In this document: piece after piece, positions 57,376 to 64,000 of the stretch | Layout: each line of letters begins with the position of its first letter | How positions within the stretch are numbered: position 1 is the stretch's first letter | Program-made: the position numbers and the translations under genes | Assembly (NCBI GenBank): GCA_002269645.1 | Contig: NIVC01000019.1 | Location: 1,178,001 to 1,242,000 of the forward strand | DNA length: 64,000 nt | Source: Macrostomum lignano | Taxonomy: Eukaryota | Direction of reading: 5' to 3' | The notes under the pieces: model-generated | What the model was told of the DNA's origin: nothing | Database searches by the model: none | Seen by the model: the letters and a program-made list of their open reading frames with translations, nothing else

Positions 57376-58467
57376 TCAGCAAATTGTCGCTCTGATGACA
57401 GTCAGAATGTCAGCTCGGCATTTCGGGCAGCTCCGGACCTCAGCGGTCAGGCAGCGGCTGCAGAAGCAAAAGTGAGCACACGGCAGGATCACTCGGTCCC
57501 GGTTGCGCGTGAAGCACCGCTGGCAGAGCGGACTGTCGCTGCTGCTGAGGTCCGGCTGGCTGAATGACGACAGTTCTGAGACTCGACGACCCGAAGCTGG
57601 AGAAGTCTCAGCTGATTGGGCGGTCGGCTGTCGATCTTCAACTTGCTCGTCCTTCGTCGAGGTGTTCGCATCGATGAACTTCAGCCAGCGACTGGAGGCT
57701 GCGCTGCCAGTGGTAGCATTGGCTTGCTTCACGAGCTGGATCAGCTCACCAGACCTCAGTTCGGCACCAGCTGTAGCCCGGAAAACATGAGCCGCAGCAG
57801 CCAAGGTTAAATCGAACTTTGAGAATCCGAACGATTCGGCGAGTAGCACAGACTGATTGTTGATGGCGTCCTCGACTTGTCTGAACAGCGCTTCAAATCT
57901 GTGTGAATCAGCGACCACGACGGATAATCGCTTGTCGAGAAGTTGCAGTAGCCGCAGGAGCTGGCAGTTGGGACTCTGGTTGATGTGCCACCGCTCGGGG
58001 TCATCCACGATCAGCCGGTCAGCAGGGACTCTGCACTGGCAGTAGCAGCAGCTGGCGCCGTCACGGCCGTTACTGTAGAATCCAGACTGCGCCCACCGGC
58101 GAGCCACCGCGCTGTCGAGGATATTCAAGAATGACTGCAGTCGGGTGTTGAAGTCGAGCTGGAGTCGGTTGGCAGCCACGGCGTGAATGACGAGCAAGCG
58201 GCCGACCAGAGCAGCGTTCACAGAGTCGCTGTTTTGCTGCAGAAGCTGCGTAGCGCAGTTCCGATACCAGGGACACAGGAGCATCAGCTCCCTGACTTGA
58301 AGCAGCAGTCGCCATGCAGAGCTCGCGGCTTGCCTTTGACAACAGATTGTCGGCTCCGAGGCCCAGTCGTGCCATTGATGAGGCCCGTCGCCGTGCTCCA
58401 GCGGCCGACTTGTCAGATCGTTTGGCTGGGACTGAGAGTTGGACCCCGTGAACTGCGCTTGAGCCAT
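57376..58467 (-). CDS. IAP-like paralog F (atypical BIR, UBA-like, RING), intact intronless CDS, 363 aa
   Basis: RLQSF...WAQSGFYSNG...C-x2-C-x17-H-x6-C; LAESFGFS; terminal CQRC...LPCAHFCFCSRC...CPKC. Confidence 0.85.
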   Translation of the reverse strand: MAQAQFTGSNSQSQPNDLTSRPLEHGDGPHQWHDWASEPTICCQRQAASSAWRLLLQVRELMLLCPWYRNCATQLLQQNSDSVNAALVGRLLVIHAVAANRLQLDFNTRLQSFLNILDSAVARRWAQSGFYSNGRDGASCCYCQCRVPADRLIVDDPERWHINQSPNCQLLRLLQLLDKRLSVVVADSHRFEALFRQVEDAINNQSVLLAESFGFSKFDLTLAAAAHVFRATAGAELRSGELIQLVKQANATTGSAASSRWLKFIDANTSTKDEQVEDRQPTAQSAETSPASGRRVSELSSFSQPDLSSSDSPLCQRCFTRNRDRVILPCAHFCFCSRCLTAEVRSCPKCRADILTVIRATIC

Positions 58468-59611
58468 GTGTTGCTTCTAAAAGTGGACGTTGGTGACAGG
58501 GTTCCGGCTACTAATAAGTCTTCGCGGTGATCTATTTTTAGAAACAAAACTGTGGAACACTGCCAAGTTTTTTAAGTGTAACTGGAATGCTGGGCAAAAA
58601 ATGGTCAATTGATAAACCGCATGTTTCACTCGCATTGGACAGACTATCTATGATATTACATGTATCACGTGGTACATTAGCAGCACACGTTTCACACTGT
58701 AATGATACCTTGTTGCACCTGTTTTATTATGAATTATTTCATACTTAATCATTTCAAGACGTACAATTTATGAAGATTTCTTCCAGTAATTCCTAAAAAA
58801 CCCTTAAAACCTAAATATTAAGTGTCAATCATACACATATAAGTAAAGCACAACAATTTTCCACCTTACCTTTCTACTTCGTTTGTATTTATTAAAGCGA
58901 ATAATTTGGCAATGCTTTTCGGAAGTGTCGAAGATAAAGAGGTTTGATATGCGCGTGCAGTGCTGTACGAGTATAGGGGGCTAATTAATTCTTTGTGGTT
59001 GATCCAGGGCTTGTCCGAGGAAATTCCCGGGCTGCACCGGGGCCGTTCAGGCTGAGTTCTATTTTTAGCTGCCTAGATAGAAGACTTGACGCGTTCTTTG
59101 ATTGTACAATTAGTCTACTGTATGATAAGAAATACAGATTGTCGTTCGAATGACAGACTCACGTGACGCTTTGGTGTATGCATGAGTACAGCTTGTGCAT
59201 ACGGCCTTAGCATGGGCTATTTTTTAGCAGATTACGCGGTGAGCTGCTGCTGGGGAAGGGGATGTTTACGTATTCGTTCGATGTACTTTCTCGGTCCAGC
59301 CCGAGTTGCAGCTTCCAACAGTTGTGCCCTTGCCCTTGTATTTGAAAAGAAAAGGGTAAGTGAGCTCCGACCGCTCTAAGTGTATATGAAAGTTATTTCC
59401 GTTTATTTATTTCTTTGGTCTGAAGCAAAAGCAGAGGACTCGAACAGTAAACGGAAAGAATATATTTATAGCCAGTTTGGCCGTATTAACATTTCGGCTA
59501 TATTATATACTAGCTGCCATAGACAATGTTGGTTTGGTGCAGTTCACGAAAATGACTGTTTGGGTATTTAGGAGTGAGTGCTTGTCTCTACTCATTCTCT
59601 AATTTTTAGAT

Positions 59612-60300
59612 GTGACATTTTTCGAGTTATTTTCAACATCAGTGATATTGGCAGCGTTGATTTTGAATCACTTACATGTAATTAGTCTTGCTCAAGTCGA
59701 AACTGTCTTGAGTGACTTGCCATTGGCTCCCACAACCGACTACAATGAAGATGAGCAGATACTGAAACGAAATTGTTGCGTCTGTTGTGCCAGAAGCTAC
59801 TACGAAGAAGTGTAAGTGGGTGGTAGAAATCTTTTGATCGTGGCTCGAGAAGAAGATTCAATGAGCTACGGCAGAACATGGACCGAGTTTGATGGTGTTG
59901 GCTGATCTATGCGCGATGAGCAAGCGCGATCTTAATTGGGTTATCTTACGAAGTATGCGGGGTGATCGCTATGACGCTTTTACGTTGAAGGATTATTTCA
60001 GCATGCTGCAACGCTATTGGTCAGCGAATGCAGAAAGCCATGGAGCTTCTGGAAGAACGTGGAAATTAATAAGAGCCAATGTGCACTGTATGCTTCAATG
60101 ATGCTGAGTATCCGTGGCGGAAAGGGTAGTGGACTGCATCGTGCAGGACCTGATCCATCTGGCATCGAAGAGAAACTGGTGTGAATCAGATGTGTTTGGT
60201 AATGATAGTCCACGATAACGGTGAGTTCCGTGATTTGGGGTGTCGGAAAATGATTGTCTCTTGTCTACCCATCGAACTCACTTTGAACAATCAAGCCGAA
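59612..60300 (+). pseudogene. Possible degenerate secreted C-type-lectin-like gene
   Basis: Signal-peptide-like N-terminus (59612), donor GTAAGT at about 59812, later QMCLVMIVHDNGEFRDLGC resembling the CTLD C-terminal motif. Several stops and frame changes. Confidence 0.3.
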
Positions 60301-60315
60301 AAGCCGTTTAACAAC

Positions 60316-60716
60316 TGTTCGCTACTCTACAACATTACAATTTGTTGCTTTTATTTGTTTGAGTAATTTCCTGTGGCTTATTCGTTTGTCTTGTTTCTTT
60401 GGATCATTTATTTGGCCCGTGTACTGTAGAAATGAAAAGACCGATGGTCCGCCAAAAACTATTTGGAGCTGAGGCTCAAGCGAGACGCTAACAAAACGAA
60501 AAGCGTAAACCGTACACAGGGCTAATAAGTAATAAGCCCTCTCGATGATATATATATTGCAGTCAGTCAGAATCAGCCAGCGTGGAGGGGGGTGGGTGAG
60601 ATGGGCCTGGGCTAAATCAGCGTACATAGAAAATTGAATAATAAACACGTACGTACATTAAATCACGCAGTGGAATTGGAAAGAAAACCAATGCTACTAA
60701 TCTACCTCCCAAACAT
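60316..60716 (-). repeat. Probable 3' LTR (401 bp) of the BEL/Pao element, with PPT at 60717-60729
   Basis: On the minus strand, AAGGTGGGGGGTA is followed by TGTTTG...CGAACA (TG-CA with short inverted termini) and an internal AATAAA. The partner LTR is outside the window. Confidence 0.6.
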
Positions 60717-61436
60717 ACCCCCCACCTTGGCATAACAATGACAAAAAACTATTCGAGGGATGAAACAATGAAAACGAATACTGTATTAGGAAAATATTCG
60801 AAAACGATGCGTGATGCAAAATCAAACTCAAAAAGCAAAAAAGCAACGTTGCATGAAAAATAATGGCGACATTGTGACGGGTAGAAAATTAGATGACAAT
60901 AAGTACGCAGATCGTAGATGAGAATCGAAAATTTTGCAAGAGTACGTCAGCTGTCAAGTAAAATTTCAAAATTAAATACGAAAGCAAATTACCGCCACCA
61001 CCAACCGCAACTGAAATAAAAACTGAAGCAAAGAATTATAAGCATTGGGCTATCAAAAGGTCGTAACTAGCGCAGAAACTATGGTACTTCTAAGCGCAGA
61101 AAATCAAGCAATATTAAGTAGAGCTCAAAGAATGCCAACATCGCTCGTAAAAAACTCAAAAAACACAAAAGACAAACTTGCCGACAAATTTACTAAACCG
61201 TAACGACTGCTGTTCAGCAAAATTCACGCAAGAATATAAATAGCTAAATAATGAATGTTAATCGCGTTGAACACTGAAAACGAAAATTGGGTTAAGACGG
61301 CAAAAACAGGGTGATTCCTATTAGCATGAAAGGGAAAGAAGACTTTACGAACAATGCAACAAACAGGAAAATTGAACAACTCATCAGAAAAATTGCAAAA
61401 CCTGACAAAGTCTAATTCTCTAGCAAAGGTTCGCAA

Positions 61437-62822
61437 CTAACCTGCAGATATTGGACACAACTTTGTTATTGGTCTCGTCATTGTGCGATCACCGACTTTG
61501 ATTGAGGCGACTCTCACGTGACCGTCAGGACCGCGCATGACCTCCAGCACGCGAGCCAGCGGCCAGTGACCCCGAGGCGAGTCGGGGCTCACCAGCAGCG
61601 CCACGTCTCCAGGTTGTAGGTCACGCAGCTCGCGGCGCCACTTGCTCCGCGGTGCGAGTCCCGGCAGCCACTCGCGCAACCACCGGCGCCAGATCTGCGA
61701 CACCAGCTGCTGGACGTGACGCCATCTTCTTGAAGGACTGTGGGCGATGGCAGCGTCGACCTTCGGTGCAAACTTCCCGCCGACTTGCCCGATGAGGAAG
61801 TGATTCGGCGTCAGCGGCACATCATCACTCGGATGCGCCGTCTGGTACGTCAACGGCCTTGAATTCAGAAGTGCCTCCGCTCCAGCAAACGCGCTTAGCA
61901 GCTCCTCATCCGTGACGTCCGCCTCCTTCAGTATTGCCCAGATTGCCTTCTTCGCTGCTTTGATCATGATTTCGTGCACCCCACCGAAGTGCGGCGCAGC
62001 GGGCGGGTTGAAATGCCATCGCAACTGCTGAGAAGCCGTTCGCTGTTGAAGCTTCTGGGTATCCAAGACGTCGACTAGTTCTCGAAGCTCGCGCGCCGCA
62101 CCGACGAAGTTCGTGCCGTTGTCCGAGAACAGCTCGATCGGTTGGCCTCGTCGACTGATCATCCGCTGTAGAGTCCGTAGGAAGGAATCGGTATCCATGC
62201 CGAATGCCACTTCCAGATGTACAGCTCGCGTTGCCAAGCAGGTGAACAATGCCAGGTACCTTTTCTGCCGAGCCTTGCCACGGCCCTGCTTGGTGATGAA
62301 TGGACCGGCAAAATCGACAGCGACCCGAGCGAAGGCACGAAGCGGCTCCTTGAATCGGCAAGCGGGCAAGGGGGCCATAATCTGGCTGGCTGGTCTGGCT
62401 TTCCGTCGGCGACATTCGGCGCACTTTGCTTCCCAAGACTTAATGGCTTCTCTGGCCGAGACGATCCAAAATCGGTTTGACAGTGCCACCAGAGTTTGGT
62501 TTGTGCCTAGATGTGGGACACTTTCGTGGCGATGCTTCACGATGAGCTCCGTCACGCGGTGTGATCGTGGCAGAATGATAGGAAATCGAGTGCTAAACGG
62601 TAGCACATCGGCGAACTTTAGTCTCCCATCAGCGCGAAGCAGGTCGTTGACGTCGAGCTTCGGGTTCAAGTTAGAAATCGCACTGCGTCCCGGCAACTGC
62701 TTTCCTGCTCGCAGACAAGCGATCTCTTCCGCAAACGTTTCTTGCTGGGCTCTCTGGATGATCTTCGATTCAGCTGCTTCAATCTCTGCTGGTGATAGCT
62801 CGCCTGCTCTAAAAAGAGGTCT
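61437..62822 (-). CDS. BEL/Pao integrase region (HHCC, DDE core, C-terminal domain), open frame
   Basis: ORF 61437-62696 extends upstream in frame through GELSPAEIEAAE to the inversion junction. Confidence 0.85.
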   Translation of the reverse strand, partial: RPLFRAGELSPAEIEAAESKIIQRAQQETFAEEIACLRAGKQLPGRSAISNLNPKLDVNDLLRADGRLKFADVLPFSTRFPIILPRSHRVTELIVKHRHESVPHLGTNQTLVALSNRFWIVSAREAIKSWEAKCAECRRRKARPASQIMAPLPACRFKEPLRAFARVAVDFAGPFITKQGRGKARQKRYLALFTCLATRAVHLEVAFGMDTDSFLRTLQRMISRRGQPIELFSDNGTNFVGAARELRELVDVLDTQKLQQRTASQQLRWHFNPPAAPHFGGVHEIMIKAAKKAIWAILKEADVTDEELLSAFAGAEALLNSRPLTYQTAHPSDDVPLTPNHFLIGQVGGKFAPKVDAAIAHSPSRRWRHVQQLVSQIWRRWLREWLPGLAPRSKWRRELRDLQPGDVALLVSPDSPRGHWPLARVLEVMRGPDGHVRVASIKVGDRTMTRPITKLCPISAG

Positions 62823-62914
62823 GCTGACAAAGCTAGCGAGTGTCTTTGATCCACTTGGATTGATCTCCCCGTTTGTCGTGCAGGCGAAGATTCTGATGCA
62901 GGAGCTTTGGCAGT

Positions 62915-64000
62915 CAAACTCCTTCTTGTGGTCACCTGATACGACTCGTTTTCGTCTTTAAAAGTAAATTCGTCCTGCTCACTCTGCCTCGTGATACCCA
63001 GTGTCTTGGTGCTTGGTAGTTCTTTGCTGTTCAAATTAACTTCTGCTGCACGGTCTTCAGGTGGGATTCTATCGAGCACAGGTCTCGAGTTCGAGACCCA
63101 CTTGCGCGCGTGCATGCCGGCGCGCCTCCAGAGCTCACTGAGTTGATCGTACAGCCTGCAGGCGGCTGCCTCGGTGGGCGCAGAGTCCAGGCTGTCATCC
63201 ATATAGGTAGAGTGCAGTACTGTCTCGGCCGCCTCTGGAAGCTCACCTTTTAACTTTTCAGCATGGCAGCGGGTAACGAACTGTGCCAAGAAAGGAGAGC
63301 TGGTGACGCCGAACACCACTCTGTTGAACTCGTAGACATTCGGTTGCTTTGAAGGATCGGCGTCCCGCCAAAGGAAACTGTGCAGCGGCCTGTCCTTTGG
63401 GTCCATCTCGATCTGGAGATACATTTCCGCTACGTCGCATGCGATCGCAATCGGGTGTCGGCGGAACCGAAGCAGCACGTCAACCAAATCTCTCTGCAGT
63501 TTGGGGCCCTGGAGGATCTGGTCGTTCAATCTGGCAGCCGATGCATCAAAGACTATCCGCACTTTTGTTGTAGCCTTGTCTGGCCGCAGCACTGGGAAGT
63601 GCGGCAGGAAACAGCGGCCTTCAGTCTCAGCTTGCGACACTTTTCGGATATAACCTTGCTGTTCATACTTTTCAAGGATCTCCTGATACTGCTTGCAGAC
63701 GTTCATATCCTTAATCAGCCGCTGTTCGGTGTTCTTTAGTCGCTTCAAGGCCATTGAGAAAGTGCCTGCTGGAGCCAGCCGATCCTTTTTCCATGGAATC
63801 CCGATCTGGTAACGGCCCTTCGTGTACTTTAGCGACGACTTGGCTTGCTGGACGGCTCTCTCCTCATCGGCGGTCAGCGGACTTCGATTGGCACCTTCTG
63901 AGACGTTCTCGATCTCCCAAAACTGCCGCAGGATCTTAGCCACCTGACCAGATTCGGAATCGCAGCTGAAGAAAGTGGCAGCGAAATGGGCGTTCTGCAT
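62915..64000 (-). CDS. BEL/Pao reverse transcriptase region (partial; continues past the right edge)
   Basis: Motifs as above. Ends at DEFTFK...TTRRSL, where the inversion begins. Confidence 0.85.

Larger units (their letters stand above)
60316..64000 (-). mobile_element. BEL/Pao LTR retrotransposon, 3' part, rearranged (RNase H deleted, about 95-bp internal inversion)
   Basis: RT: FLPHFPV, KVRIVFDAS, LLRFRRH, RVVFGVTSSPF, YMDD. Integrase: HLGTNQ...CAECRR, VDFAGPF, SDNGTNF, GGVHE, LTPNHFL, HWPLARV, RPITKLCP. Confidence 0.92.

Noticed and set aside
62113-62961. 282-aa plus-strand ORF as an independent gene
   Set aside because: Mostly antisense to the integrase. Its only meaningful part is the inverted BEL segment.

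Overview
Eukaryotic (invertebrate-like) genomic DNA: AT-rich introns and intergenic DNA packed with minisatellites, MITEs and SINEs, with GC-rich exons read in the standard code. The style resembles a flatworm such as Macrostomum, but the taxon is inference only. Host genes: first coding exon of a Rab43/Rab19-like GTPase (minus, carries Q->H at the catalytic switch-II site), a complete 4-exon adrenodoxin reductase FDXR (minus, about 498 aa), a 3-exon PQ-loop transporter PQLC1/SLC66A2 (plus, about 241 aa), and a roughly 17-kb minus-strand tandem array of divergent IAP-like genes (atypical BIR + UBA-like + C-terminal RING; 41.7-58.5 kb, at least 5 paralogs, one with a premature stop). Mobile DNA: an internally deleted Ty3/Gypsy element with both LTRs (2421-5130), an apparently full-length RTE-like LINE with an 8-bp TSD nested in a SINE inside FDXR intron 2, a rearranged BEL/Pao element at the right edge, several hAT MITEs with exact 8-bp TSDs, and a tRNA-derived SINE family. 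Structural highlights: a near-identical 9.52-kb tandem duplication (4365-13882 / 13883-23402) whose 3-bp-microhomology junction fuses antisense integrase to the FDXR C-terminus in one ATG-started ORF, and a 153-unit 15-bp array whose variants swap one whole codon in a (PGAGA/PGAKA)n frame. No rRNA, genuine tRNA gene or CRISPR array was seen. All calls are from reading the sequence by eye; no database searches were run.
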